Shown: in pieces, positions 44,314 through 62,619 of the stretch | Layout: each line of letters begins with the position of its first letter | How positions within the stretch are numbered: position 1 is the stretch's first letter | Origin: the human T2T-CHM13v2.0 reference genome, Homo sapiens | Strand: one strand, 5' to 3' | DNA length: 64,000 bases | Assembly: GCF_009914755.1 (NCBI RefSeq) | Contig: NC_060930.1 | Position numbers and translations under genes: made by a program | The notes under the pieces: generated by a model | Databases searched by the model: none | Told to the model about the DNA's origin: nothing | What the model saw: only the letters and a program-made list of their open reading frames with translations

Positions 44314-45779
44314 GCAAGTGACTTGTTAAATGCCAGTGGCAGTGAAGATATTTAATTCCAGGTTTTCTAAGTCTTATACCAGTTTTCTTTTTACTATTGC
44401 ATTCTGGAAGTGTTCTGTATATACTAGACTTAAGATTGATATTAACTCTAGACATTTATGTACACATCAGAAAGGTAGAAATAGAGTCAGAAAATATTCC
44501 TTCCAGCTCTTTTTTATGCATATGTGGATTTGAACTTTTTCAAAAGAAAGTATAAGTATTTACCATATTCATATATGCTTTCTCACTCTTTTGCTCCCTT
44601 CAAAGGAGGGAGGATTCCATCCTTCATGGATAGGTCAGTTCATAGGCCTTCTTTTTTTGTTTGTTTACAGTTTGGGTGATGTGCTGATTCTTGTGAGGGC
44701 AATATATTACACTACACCTCTTTCTTCTGCACAGTGAGGTGTCTCAAGAATAGAGAATTTGGGCTTCCAAGTGGGGCATGGTGTGGATGGAGTGATGGCA
44801 TAAGCATGCAGGAAGGAAAATAGAAAACCACTGTGTAGCAAAGGTTGGTGCACTGATGAACTAAAGAAGGAGTGCCTTTAGCCACTGACATGACAGAGAG
44901 AACATATGGCAAGTGAGAAGAGCCATGTGGGTTGAGTTTTTGTAAGTATCTCCATCTGTTTGGAGAATATGAGTGGCAGTGATAGCTAAAAAGGATTTTA
45001 AAGATATTTTACTATGTCTTGTGGGGTTTCTAAAGAGATGAGTGAAGATTTGAAGTAAATTGTATTTAATTTTGTTTTACTGTTTCTTTGATTGTACTGC
45101 CATGCCTGGCTGGATCACAGCAGACCCCTATAATTTTCAGGTTAGAAGTCATTACATATGCTAGAGCCATTATAAGTTGAAATACAGTTACTGCTAAATT
45201 TAGCTTGTAGATCTTCTTTTACCTGCATTAGAGGCTTGTATTTCTGATGAGGCAGCATGACGGCTCCTGGGATAAGAAGTAAAAGAAGAACAAAGAATGA
45301 GGACAGCAACACAGATTTAATTTAGAGATGAAATCCAGAGAAAAGAGCCAGAACTCCTAAAACAATTTTTAGTGCTTCAATCTTTCAATCGAAGGCAAAT
45401 GACTCAGGTAGGTCAGGCGTTGGAGGAGTCAAGGGAAAGCAACAGAATAGTATGTGCTCAGGCTATTGTGATCCTTGTGGAGAAGGAAAGACTCTTTCTG
45501 GGAGAGCCACAGTGGGCGAAGTTTACCTGAGATGACCTCTCAGTGGTATTCCTGAGCTCAGACCAAGCCCACTGTCCATGTCTAGGCCAAATGCAAATGT
45601 GGACTTTGAAAAAGAGGGACCATACTAAGAAGCTGAGTTAGTGTGGAAAAGAGAAACAGAAGAAGAAGGAAAAGTAAAGCAAACTAATCCTGTTGGTTTA
45701 GATATTTTGTGTTTTTTAAGGATTAACTTAGGGAGGAGCTTAAAAGTAGCCATGAAAGAACTTGTTTAGTCTCTAAAAG

Positions 45780-46060
45780 AATAGGAGGGCTGCTGGTGAT
45801 GCCTTCAAGGGGAGAATCACAGTGAAGATTTGTCACAGGAGGCTGAAAAGAGTTGTTCAGCCAGGGAACACAGATTAGAAACTCAGCTGGATTGAACACA
45901 AGATACAGGTTTGAGATAATTAAATTCCTTGTTAATAATAAATTTGCTGTAAGCTTCATATTGGGCAAAAAGAAATAGACTCAACTTTGAAGAATACATA
46001 ATATGAAAAAGGAGGCCAAGACTCTTGAGATTATTTTAGTAATTCTTCTGAATATGCCAA
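45780..46060 (+). mobile_element. Possible CR1/L3-clade ORF1 (SGNH esterase) relic
   Basis: From 45792: AGDAFKGRITVKICHRRLKRVVQPG; from 45954: LHIGQKEID. Resembles the GDS...IC...PG...HVGTND blocks. Confidence 0.4.
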
Positions 46061-47149
46061 AACTAAAGAATATCAGGAAAAAAGCAAAGGTCAGAAAAGG
46101 AGTGGCTAACAGATATTGTGACTTTGATAGTGGTAAAAATAAAGACGCTATAGCAGAAGTGGAAATATAAGATAGGAGAAAAACTTAATTGGGAAACAAA
46201 GTGAGACAGAATGACAGTAGGACAAGAAGGATTTCAAAGGAGATCTTGAGAGAATAACTAAGGCAAATATGTTTAACAAAACTGCAGCAGAAAATACTAT
46301 GGAGTAGGACAGCATCGAATTCTGATTGGCAGGAGATACTTGAAGAGATATCTGAGGAAACTAGAGTCCTCTTGGAAGCTGGAGGGCAAGATAAAAAGTT
46401 ATTGGTTAGTAAAATCTGGGAAGAGAAAGATGGTAAAGGGAGAAAGCAAAGTAAGATTTTAGTCCTCTTAAAATATTGGAGAAGAGCCACAGCAGAAACA
46501 CTTTGGAGAGTCTCCCCTAGAGAGCAGGGAAAGCCAACTGCTGAAGTCCATAATCTACATACATGAACAGAAGATACCCAGAGGGTGGCATTATTTCCAG
46601 CATATCAGTGTGTGGTCTGTACTATATTAGCCTCCAGGAAGGTTGTGTAGGGCTTATGGGATTTAAGCAAAATAAACAAAAATTTACAAGCCTGCTCAGC
46701 AAGTGAGGTGACAATAGGAGAATCAGAAGATTAACATAAGGGGAAAGATATATTTGCTAGATCCTACACCAAAAAATTATGTGTTAGCAATTTGTTCCTT
46801 TAAAACATGAAGAGATTACATAGTAATGTCCCCAAATACGGTTTCTTGGGCTGTCTAAGAGTTAGGGGCATGGGGATACAAGAGGAAGAAGAGGAAGAAG
46901 TAAATGAGATATATTAAGTTCTAACTTCAAATATAAAGAGATATTTTCTATCAAAAGCATATTTTAAATTTTATTTATTGCTATATGCATATTGTAAACT
47001 TAAAAATTCTGATTATTCTTAAAAGTTGCAGATTTAAATTAGAAAGACAGAGTTATGCATTTTGAAGGCACTTTGGATTAACACATGTTCAAATAATAGA
47101 CATGTTATTAACACGTGTTCAAATATCTTTATATTATACTCCTTTCTTG

Positions 47150-48640
47150 GAAAGCCCTAAGGATTGACTACTGGAGCCATGTATTCTTTATATTTATGGC
47201 AACATCTGAGGTAGAGATAAATGGATATTATGAGATGCATTTCATAGATAGAAATAATAGGCAGGGCCTACCTAAATTAAATTTAAGGGGATAAAAAGAA
47301 AAGAGAAGAGCCAGTGGTAAGGCTATGATTTTAGTTTAGTCTAACAGGAAAGATGGTGGTACCATTTAATGAGATGGGAAGATTTTAAAAGGAACTGAGG
47401 GGTTTATATTAAGAGGGTGATTAGAACGTGTCAAATATGAGATGCCTATTGGAGATCTAGGTAGAGACGTAAAGCAGAAACTGGATATACAGGAGTGGAG
47501 CTTGGTGCCAGGGATAAGATTTTGGAAGTCAGTTCAAAAGCAGCAATTCTATCTATGAAACTGGAAGAGATTACACACAGAGAGATTACTTACAGAAAGA
47601 TGAAAGCAAACATCTCAGAACAGAGCTCCTAGGCTCCCCGATATTGTTATCAACTGAATGTACCCCCCCTCCCCACCAAATTCATATGTTCAAATCTTAA
47701 CTCTGAATGTGATGGGATTAGAAGGTGGGACCATTGGGAGGTATTTAGGTCATGAAGGTGGATCTCTCATGAATGGGATTAGTGCCTTTACCAAAGGGAC
47801 CCCAGAGAATCTCTTACCTTCTTTCCACCATATGAGGACATAAGGAGAAGACAGAATAGGGTCCTCACCAGAACCTGACCATGTTGATATCCTAATCTCA
47901 GACTCTAGCCTCCAGAACTTTGAGAAATAAATTTGTTGTATGTAAATCACCCTGTCTGTGGCATTCTGTTTTAGCAGTCCAAACTAGGAAAAATCTTAAT
48001 AAGTCAGAGAGGAGGATAGTCTAGCAAAGGAGATGGAGGATAGAAGAAAAGGAAAATCAGGGCTATGTGACACCATGGAAGTGAAGGGAAAAATACTCCA
48101 GAAAAAGTGAGTTCTCTGTTAATGCTTCTTAGAGGCCAAAGCAGAGAAAACCAGTGAAGTAGATATGGACTTAACAAAATGATAGTTTTTGATTGTTATA
48201 GATAGAGGCATTTTGATTCAAAAGTGAAGGAAGCCTGAGTGTGAATGGAAAGTAAGGAAGTGAAGAACATGAGAACATTTATTTTTACTTTTATTGTTTC
48301 AGTTTTCCTGTGAAGGGCATGAGAGATGAAATAGTAACTGAGGGATTTGGAACCGAGGAAGGTTTATATTTTAAAGAGAGTAGATCTTAGAACCTGTCAT
48401 TAGCAGATAGTAATGGCATGGTAGAGAATAAGGAATAAATAATGCAGGAGAGACAGGAATGACCGTGGAATAAAAGCCCCAGAGAAGGTGAGTGGAAACA
48501 GGATCACGAGCACAAGTGAAAAGTTGGCAGGACATACTTTCCAGTAATGCAAAAGGGAAAGCAGAGAATGAGGGTTAGGATACAGTGAAGTCCACGAATT
48601 TGGTGGTTGGCAGACAAAGGAATTCCTATCTGGACAAAGA
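47150..48640 (-). mobile_element. L2 LINE, interrupted by MLT1A0
   Basis: gatggtggtaccatttaatgagatgggaag, gagatgcctattggagatctag, ccatggaagtgaagggaa motifs. Confidence 0.7.
47645..47990 (+). mobile_element. MLT1A0-like MaLR solo LTR
   Basis: aaattcatatgtt...catgaatgggattagtgccttta...agcctccagaactttgagaaataaattt. Confidence 0.85.
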
Positions 48641-48975
48641 AGGAGGAAGCTGTGTGTGACAAATCTATTTGTTCAGGACCAGAGCAAATACTATTCTTTT
48701 GATGACACTAGCTAAGGGATATATCAGTTTCTCACTGATGAAGAGGTAAACTAGAGCTGCCATTCACACCATATAATAAAACTTAGGTAGTTTTCTTTAC
48801 GTACAGTTGATTCAGTCATTGCTAGCCAATCCTTATTATTGCCAGAAAATCTACCAAGGAAGAATTCCTCCAGGAGTTATTAAAAATAGATCTAAGGATT
48901 TGAAGGACCCCATCTTTCTACCAGGTCGCAGTTATGGTGCCCTTCATGGAAGGCCAAGGAATCTGGCTTGCCTCA

Positions 48976-50725
<1,750 letters not shown>

Positions 50726-50732
50726 AAAGGCA

Positions 50733-50736
<4 letters not shown>

Positions 50737-50772
<36 letters not shown>
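50737..50772. repeat. (TG)18 perfect microsatellite
   Basis: Uninterrupted TG run. Confidence 0.97.
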
Positions 50773-50775
<3 letters not shown>

Positions 50776-51058
50776 TCACATGTACATATGCTCATGAACT
50801 GTTGCATAGTTTACCAAATGTTGCCAGGTTTAAAATGTACAGAGCAGGATACTGATAAATTTTATACTCTGATTTCTCTAGAGTTCAGACCAAAAACAAG
50901 ACAGAAATCAGTAAAATAAAGTACAAGTGAAAGCCAGAATAAGAACAATAAGTAATATAATATTGCAGAATTTAGAACAGGAAACTGAGAGAAAAAGTTT
51001 GATTCTACTTTAGTGCAAGAAACAGATTGAATATAACAGGAAAATAGCTAGCTTGCTA

Positions 51059-51117
51059 GACATAGATATAATATAAATATAGATACGGATATAGATATAG
51101 ATATAGGTATAGATATT
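51059..51117. repeat. Degenerate (TAGATA)n repeat
   Basis: gacatagatataatataaatatagatacggatatagatatagatataggtatagatatt. Confidence 0.75.
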
Positions 51118-53084
51118 ATTACTGGTTCTTAGAATTATAGAATTTCCAGCACTAGATGCAACCTCACAAAACATTCCAACCAATCTTCCCATTTACAAGT
51201 GAAAAAAAAGGAGGCCGGTAGAGGAGCAGTAGTTTGTCCAAGGTTAGAGGAAGAGTTAATGTACCGATATTAACCAAAGACTTCTTTCCTGTTTAATGCT
51301 TCCCCACTGTATCATGGGGCCTCTTGTAAGCATAGATTAAAAAAAAAGCAAGAGAGAAAATTAAGATATAAGTAACTAAGAGAACAAAAGAAAAAAATAT
51401 GATAAAGATGGGAGAAAAGAGAATTAAAAACAAAAAAGTGGGTACACTCTACATATATTAAAACATTCAAGAGAAGCATGTTGAACGATTTAAGAGAACT
51501 GTGGTCAGATTTAGATGAGTGCGATGAAGAAGAGAAGAATTGAAGAATAGTCTATGAAATGAGTTCAGATATCATGAAAGAAACAGGAATTAGGAAAAGA
51601 ATGCCAAATAGCATGCGGAAATCAAAGCAGGGATGAAGAAACAAAAGCTTGGAAAGAAAAGTAACATATATTTTAGTGGGTCTGAGAGCCATAGAGCTGA
51701 ATTCAAGACATTTGAATATGTTCTCATCAACCTCTGATGAGTATTCAATGATGTATGGAAAAGTGTGAAATGACTACAATATTGCAATAAGGTGCTAGTC
51801 ATGTTTTTAAAAAGAATATGGGAAAAGAGAGGCCCTTGACATGGTTAAACACAGTTTCAAGTTGCTGTTTTCCCCCAGTAATCCTGCTGCAACTGTTCTC
51901 ATGAATAGTTATTGGATGACACTTGCAGTGCAGTGGTGTTCCATAAATCAGAAGGAAATGGCCAGTGAACTTGAAATTACAAAATATGCTATGAGGAAGG
52001 TAGGGAGAATAGTTTAGAGGGACAGTGTTTTTCTCTTCAGGAACATGCTGGGATATATAAGCACAATGCATCCAAATGAACCTAGGATGCCCATACTCAG
52101 TGGAGGTGGGAAAAGATAAAATGACAGATGGAATGAAACAACATATCTGTATTATGTAAGTTGTCCTGTGTTCTTCTTCATAAGGAAATGTGACAAATCT
52201 ATACCAAGTTAAGAATACAACTGGAGGCTTCCAAATTAAAAAGAAGTATATGGGCCTTGCTTGTTAAATGATATTGTCTGAGCCATAACAGGATGCTGGA
52301 AGATACAGGACAAATTATAGCAGTAGGGATAGTATTAAAGATGAAAATTTGCAGAAGAGTAGGCAACAAATCTTTAAAAAGATACTTTTATAGTGTTTTG
52401 TAAGACTTGCAACCCTTATTCTCTGTAATGTGTTTTGTCATTGTAATGTGGTGTGATAAAACCTTGAACTATTGGTTTGTAGTATGCATAATTACAGATT
52501 TTTTTTAATTTGAAGAAAAACCTAAAAAGCATGGCAATTTAGTTTATTAATTAATGGCAATGCACTTTATAACATGTCAAGTATTTTTCTCTGTAGTAAA
52601 ATGTGCTAATTTAAAAAGTCATAAAATTGGATTGATGGACTTGAAGCTAGACAGGGTGCATTCAAAGATTTCCTTTCTAAGGAAGGTAAATAAAACAAGG
52701 AAAATAAAAACATGAAAATAGTATATATCTCTTATATTTGCAATTATGATAAGAAAGTTATTGAAATATGTTTGTAATTATATTGCATTTTCTGCCGTTT
52801 CAATAAAAATTCCTTTTTGGGGAATTAAAGCTTGTGTTTTGTTTTGTTAAAGTATAGTCTAATTAAGATTTTTTCCCATGTTCTAGGAAAATTTAAATGT
52901 TTATCATGCAATTGTATAGGGAGTCATAATTTAAATATTCTAGTTCCTAGCTAACCACAAATTATAGATAGTAGGATATTCCAAGGGGATTATTTTAAAA
53001 ATATTATCTGCAGTGCCCACAATCTAAAACACTTTTATTCTTTGCTTTTCATTCACTCTCTACAAGATAAAAGTATTGTGAAGA

Positions 53085-54070
53085 ACACTCAGCATCATTC
53101 CTACTCCATCTTATCCTGTCCCCTGTTTTGCTGGGGTCAGAATCCTGGGCACTGAATTCTCTAGAGTCCCTTGCTCATATAGTTCTAGTTTCTACCAAGA
53201 GACACTTGATGACATTTGGAATTTGTAAGGAAAGTGGGGAATGTTATTCCTCCTCCAGTAGTGGTAGATAGTTGTGTGGGCTCCAGAAAATATGACTTAA
53301 AACAACAACAGCAACAACAAAAAAAACCCAATGTACCCTGTAAAATGCATTATTATTAAGTTTACAGCTTGGTGAATATTTACATATGCAAGTATCTGTG
53401 TGACCAACACCCTGATAAAGACACAGAACATTTTCATCATCCCAGAGGTTTTCTTCATGTCATTTGTCAATCAATACCCACCTGAGGTAACCACAATTGT
53501 GATTTCTAACAGTTTAGCTTTGCCTGCTTTTGGAATTCATGTAAATTGTCTCACACAGTTATGTATGGTTTTTGCATTGTTTGGCTTCTTTTGTTCAGTA
53601 TGTTGTCTGTAAGACTTATCCATTTGCTGTATGTGGCAGTATTTCATTTTTTAGTTCTTGTGTAGTAGTCCATTATATGACCATGCCATATTTTATTATC
53701 TATTGCACTCTTAATGGACATTTGTATTGTTACAAGTTTTTGGCTCTTAAAAGTAAAGCTGATTCAAACATTTACATATATATGCCTTTAATGGTCATAT
53801 GTGAAGATGGGAAACTTGCATCAGCCTCCAAATGGGCCTCTTTAGAGAGTTCCCTCAGGAATTATCTCTTTGGTGTTGTCGGTAGCCATGGGCATTGCAA
53901 CTGTTTTCCTGCAGTTCCTGACGTGAGAAGATTTTCCTGAAATCTAATGACAAACTTAAGAGGTAGAAGGAGTCTTCCCTGTTATTTTTCCGCCTTCTGA
54001 CATATTTGCAAGCCTAGAATTCCCTTTATTCAATTCCATTCTGCTTGAAATAACTACAATGATTTCTCTG
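53085..54070 (+). mobile_element. Old ERVL-type LTR interrupted by an L1ME fragment (about 53320-53800, minus)
   Basis: LTR16-like motifs (tctctagagtcccttgc; ctgcttgaaataactacaatgatttct) followed by tggtacc; L1ME 3' motifs (agaacattttcatcatcccagagg) in the middle. Confidence 0.45.
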
Positions 54071-54130
54071 GTACCAAAAGTGTGTCTCGGATATAGAATG
54101 TCAAAGACAAAGACCTGAAATTATCTTATC

Positions 54131-54258
54131 TATGGTTGCCAGAGAAGGTACAGAATTCCCAGTCACATTTGAATTTCAGATAAACAAAGAATTATGTTTT
54201 ATTATATCTATGGTTCATGCAATATTTGTATTTCTATTTACTAAACTTGTGAACTCTA
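54131..54258. mobile_element. MER53 (hAT MITE), internally deleted
   Basis: ggttgccaga...cccagtcacatttgaatttcagataaacaaagaat...tatttactaaacttgtgaactcta. Confidence 0.7.
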
Positions 54259-54290
54259 TTCAGACATGGTTAAGACAAAGGCAGTGATGA

Positions 54291-54365
54291 TGCATTTCCC
54301 CTACATTCCAAAAACTAGCAGATATCTGCAATATCTGCTAGCTTTTGGAACGTAGGGAAAATGCA
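54291..54365. repeat. Inverted repeat, 35-bp arms, 5-nt loop
   Basis: tgcatttcccctacattccaaaaactagcagatat-ctgca-atatctgctagcttttggaacgtagggaaaatgca; 32/35 paired. Confidence 0.95.
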
Positions 54366-54714
54366 GTCACAGTAATGCAGCCTGTGGTTACCAGGAATAA
54401 AGCTACATACAATGAAGGCAGGGCTTTGGGAGATCAAGTAATACTTTGCTAATTATGTCAAGTCTCAACTTTTTAATGTGATTGATATAATTTTGAATGA
54501 TAATATACCTCAGAGAACAATATTAAAAAGACAATTGACATTATTGTTTCTCTGTTTCATATGACAGTGAATACAATCTAAAATAAGTTGCCCAAAGATT
54601 AGGTTTAATCACATACTTAACTAAAAAGTGCTGGGGTATATCTGACTTCCAGCCTAGCTATATTCAATATGCTACCCAGACCCTGGTCATTTCTTGTCTC
54701 AGCTTGCTTTATGT

Positions 54715-57700
54715 TTTTGTTTTTTATTTTTACTTAGCATAATTATTTTAAAATTCATCCAAGTTGTTTTGTAGATTAATAGTTAATTCTTATTTATTGG
54801 TGAATATTATTTCATTGTATGGATACATCACAACTTGTTTATCCACTTACCAGTTGGTTTATGCTTGGGTGGTACCCATTTTTGGTCTATTGCCAAAAAA
54901 GCTACTATAGGCCCTCATATACAAGATTTTGTATAGATATATACTTTCATTTCTCTTAGGAAATTACATGTGATATAGATATATTTTTAACTTCTTAATA
55001 AAGTTCCAAACTGTTTCCCAATATGGTTGTATTATTTCATATTTTCACCAGCAGTGTATGTGAGTTCTAGTTCCCCCGCCCCATCACTAACACTTGGTGT
55101 GGTAAATATTTTTAATTTTAGTCATTTTAGTAGGTATGTAGTATTATCTCATTGTAGTTATCTTGATTATATTTTCTTGTGACTATTTGCCATTAGTATA
55201 TCCTCTTCCATTTTTGAAAAAATAGAGTTGTTTTCTTATTATTCAGTTTAAGATGTCTTTATATATTGTAAATACCAATCCTTTATCAGATATATGATTT
55301 GTAAATATTTTCTTTGGTCTGTGGTTTGTTTTTGAATTCTTATAACAGAGTCTCTCAAAAAGCAAACGTTTTTAATTTTGCAAAGGTCCATATATTTTTT
55401 GATGGACTATACTTTTGATGTTTTATCTTGTCTTTTGTCTAATTTAAGGATACAAAAGTGTTTTGTTTTATTCTAGAGATTTATGTTTAATGTATTATAT
55501 CTAGGTCTATAATCCACTTTAAGCTAACTTCTATATATGGTGCAAATTATAGAAAAAGCTCAGTTTTTTGCATATGGATATTCAGTAGTTTCAGCACCAT
55601 TTGTTGAAAAGACTATCCTTTCTCTAAGGACATGCCTTTGAACCTTTGTTCAATACCAGTTATCTGTATATATGTTCGAGTCTATTTCTGAACTCTCTAT
55701 TCTGTTCCATTCTTCTTTTTCTCTATCTTTATACCGAATCACACTGTTTTGATTATTGTAGATTTAAGTATTCAAATTAGGTAGTGTTAGTCATCCAACA
55801 TTTTTTTCTAAATCAAAGTTGTTTTGCTTATTGTACATCCTTTGTATTTCTTTTTGATGTTAGATTTCAGAATTTAGCTTGCCAATTTTTAAAACAACGT
55901 CTACAAGAATTTTAATTTGAATGACATCAAATCCAAATTAGAAGTGACATCGTAAAAATATTGGGTCTTATGACCCATCAAACAGTGTATAATTCCATTT
56001 ATTTTGGTCTGCTTTGATGTCTCTTAGCAGTGTATTTTAGTTTTCAGTATATAGGCCTTGCACATCTTTTGTTAGATGCATCCCTATTTATTTCACTTTT
56101 TGATGCTATTGTATTATTTTTCCATTTTGATTATTTTCTAAGGTCATCTCTTTTATTATGAACTATGAATTTTCAGTTTTAATAATGATAACATAATTTT
56201 TTCTTTTTGAGTTTTTGAATATACCTTGCATTCTTGGGATATATCCCACTTGGACAAAATGTAGTATTCATTTTCTATATTGTTGAGTTTTGTTTGCTAA
56301 AATTTTATTAATAATTTTGCATTTGTATTTGGGAGGGGCATTATTTTTAGTTTTATTTGCTTGTAATGTTTTTATTTTGCTTTCAGGTCAGTGATGGCTT
56401 CATAGAAGAGTTGGTAAGTACTTTGTGCTCTTTGGTTTCCTGAAAAAAATAAACTAGGAAGCTACTTGAGATTGCAGTTTTCTCAGTGGAAAGATTTCTA
56501 ACTACAAATTCAATTTCTTTAACAGATATGGGGCTATCCAGATCCTATTAGTGAGCTTTGGTAGTTTACGTATTTCAAAAAATTTATCTATTTATTTATA
56601 TTGTCAGACTCATTGGCATAAAGTTATGCGTAATGTTGCTTTAGTATATGCTTAATATCCATAGATTCTGTAATGACGCATACCTTACCTCTCATTACTA
56701 CTATTGGTAATTTGTATGTGTTTGTTTTTTAAAAATTGATCATTATGGATGATTAAATGTATTGATCTTCTCAAATAACCAGCTCTTGGTTTCATTGATT
56801 TCCTTTGTATTTTTCTTGTTTTCTATTTTATTGATTTTTTTCTTTAAATTTTATTTTATTTTATTCTTTGCTCACTTTGGGTTTAATTTACTTGTATTTT
56901 TTAGTTTTATAAGGCAGAACCTACATTTATTTAAGATTTTCATCTAATATAGGCATCTAGTGCTACAGATTTTATACAAAGTACTACTTTACCTTTATCC
57001 CACAAATTTTGTATGTTGCTTCATTTTTACTCACTTCAAAATATTTATAATTTACCTTTTGACATTTTGACCAATGAGTTCCTTCTATGTGTTACTTATA
57101 TTTTTTTAATTAGGGGATGTTCCAGAAATATTTCTGTTATTGGTTTCTAATTTATTTCCAAAGAGAACACAGTATGATTTCGATACTTGAAAATTTATTG
57201 AAATTTTGGTTTCCTTTTTTTTTTTTTTTTGCCCCAGAATAAGATCTATCTTGTTAAATGTTTCACATACAGTTAAAAGCATTTGTAGTCTTCTGTTGTT
57301 GCATGGAGTCTTCACTGAACACCTATTAAGTGACATCGGTTAATAGTGTTGTTTATGTCTACTATAATACTTCTTTCTACTTGTTCTCTTAGAGAGAGAG
57401 AGGGGTGTTAAAATCTCTGATGATAGTTATGTGTTTGTCAATTCCTTCATGCAGTTCTATTAGTTATTGGTTAATATATTTTAAAGCTGTTACTAGGTGG
57501 GATTGTTATGCTTATTGAGGAATTGACCTTTTTATCATCACAAAATAACTTTATCCAAGGTAATATTCTTTGCTCTGATATTGACTAATATTAATATAAC
57601 CACTCCAGCATTTCCATAATTAGTGTTAGCATAGTATAACTTTCCTCAATTCTTTTGCTTTTAGCATATATTTTTCTATATTTAAAAGCCATTTTTTTTT

Positions 57701-57725
57701 GCATCGGTAGGCAGCACACAGTTGA
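54715..57725 (-). mobile_element. Old L1M (MC/MD-type) 3'UTR and ORF2 relic
   Basis: T-rich antisense L1 motifs (cagcaccatttgttgaaaagactatcc, aataaccagctcttggtttcattgatt). Confidence 0.85.
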
Positions 57726-57737
57726 TTCTCGCTTTTT

Positions 57738-60660
<2,923 letters not shown>

Positions 60661-60664
60661 TTAA

Positions 60665-61057
<393 letters not shown>

Positions 61058-61345
61058 CAGAATTTCCTTTTTAAAAAGGCTGAATAGTATCCCAGTTTCT
61101 ATATACAGCACATTGTCTTCATTAATCTGTTGATGTATAAGTAGGTTGACTGGCTATTATGAATAATGCTGCTATGAACATGGGAGTGCAGATATCTGAC
61201 ATACTGATTTTATTATTTTTGGATATATACCCAGCAGTGGTATTGCTGGATCACATGCCATTCTGTTTTTAATTTTTTGAGAAACTTTCATACTGTTTTT
61301 CAAAATTACATACTAATTTACATTCCCACCAACAGTATGAAAGTA

Positions 61346-62112
61346 TTATAAATCCTAGAAGTAAAAAATATAGTAACTGACTGAAAAACTCATTAGAAAG
61401 ATTCAACAGCAGACTTGATCAAACAGAGAAAAGAATGGGCAAGTTTGAAGACAGAACATAAAAAATCAGCCAATTAGAGGCACAAAAAGATTAAAAAAAA
61501 AGATTAAAGAAGGCCTATGAGGACTATGGACCACTATCAAGTGAACTAATCTCTGCATGATTGGACTTCCCAAAGGAGACAAGAGAGACATTTAAGCAAA
61601 TAAAGGCTGAAAATTTCCCAGGTCTGGAGAAAGATGACAGCATCCAGGTACAGGAAGCTCAGAGATTACCAATCAAATTCAACTTAAAGAGGAATTCCTC
61701 AAGGCACATCATAATCACTTTAGTAAAAATTGAAACAAAGAAAGACTCTTCAAGGAGCATGAGAAAAAGAACATGTTACATTCAATGGAGTGCCAATACA
61801 GCTTTCAGTGGATTTCTCAGTAGAAACTCTGCAGCCCAAGAGAGAGTAGGATGCTATAATCAAAGCACTTAAGAAACATAACTGACAACCAAGAATACTG
61901 TTTCCAGGAAATGTATCCTTAAACATAAAAAAAAGATAAACACTTTCCCAGGCAAACAAAAGCTGAGAAAATTCATCAACACCAGACCTATCTTAAAGGA
62001 AATGCTAAAAGGAGGTCTGTGAAAGAAATGGATATTAACCTGTAATAAGTAAACATTTAAAAGTATAAAACTTAACTGGCAAAAGTAAGAAAACTGACAA
62101 AATTAGAATACT
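61346..62112 (+). mobile_element. L1M ORF1-region fragment, sense orientation
   Basis: FKQIKAENFPGLEK...IQVQEAQRLP...SRHIII (ORF1p RRM region); no tail. Confidence 0.8.
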
Positions 62113-62258
62113 GATATCTTCTTTTGAGAAATGTATATTTAAGTTCTTGTCCATTTTTTAATCAGCTTATTGTTTTCTTACTATTGAGTTGTTTGAGCTC
62201 TTTATACATATTGCATATGTATTAAGAATGTATCAGATGTATATGTATCAGATGTATG

Positions 62259-62612
62259 TGTCAAAAGGTGAAGTTACAACAAATTTAGCTTAAAGATCTA
62301 ATTGGTTTCTATCTCCAATTCTAAAATCAGGCAACACCTCATTCTACACAATAGAATGAGTGTTTTCATTAACTGAGCAGGGTAGGTTGGTTTTCTAGGC
62401 AAAAGAAAAGTCTGAAAAAAGCAGAAACAGAGAACAAAAGTTGATTTGTCATTTCAAAGTTACTTTCCTTATAGGATTAAAATTAAGGGGACTTATTACA
62501 CTGATTTAGGCTAATTGGAATCACTTGTTTTTTAAAGAAAACTATCCCATTTTAAAGTTTAGTTTGATTACATAAAACTTAGTGCAAATGAGTCTATTCT
62601 GGCTTGATCTGC
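62259..62612 (-). mobile_element. MER67-like ERV1 LTR, 3' part
   Basis: Reverse complement: ...taaggaaagtaactttgaaa...gaatgaggtgttgcctgatt...taaatttgttgtaac...ttttgaca. Confidence 0.75.
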
Positions 62613-62619
62613 AACCTCA

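Noticed and set aside
47077-47125. 19-bp direct repeat with an 11-nt spacer
   Set aside because: Only two copies; a local duplication, not an array.
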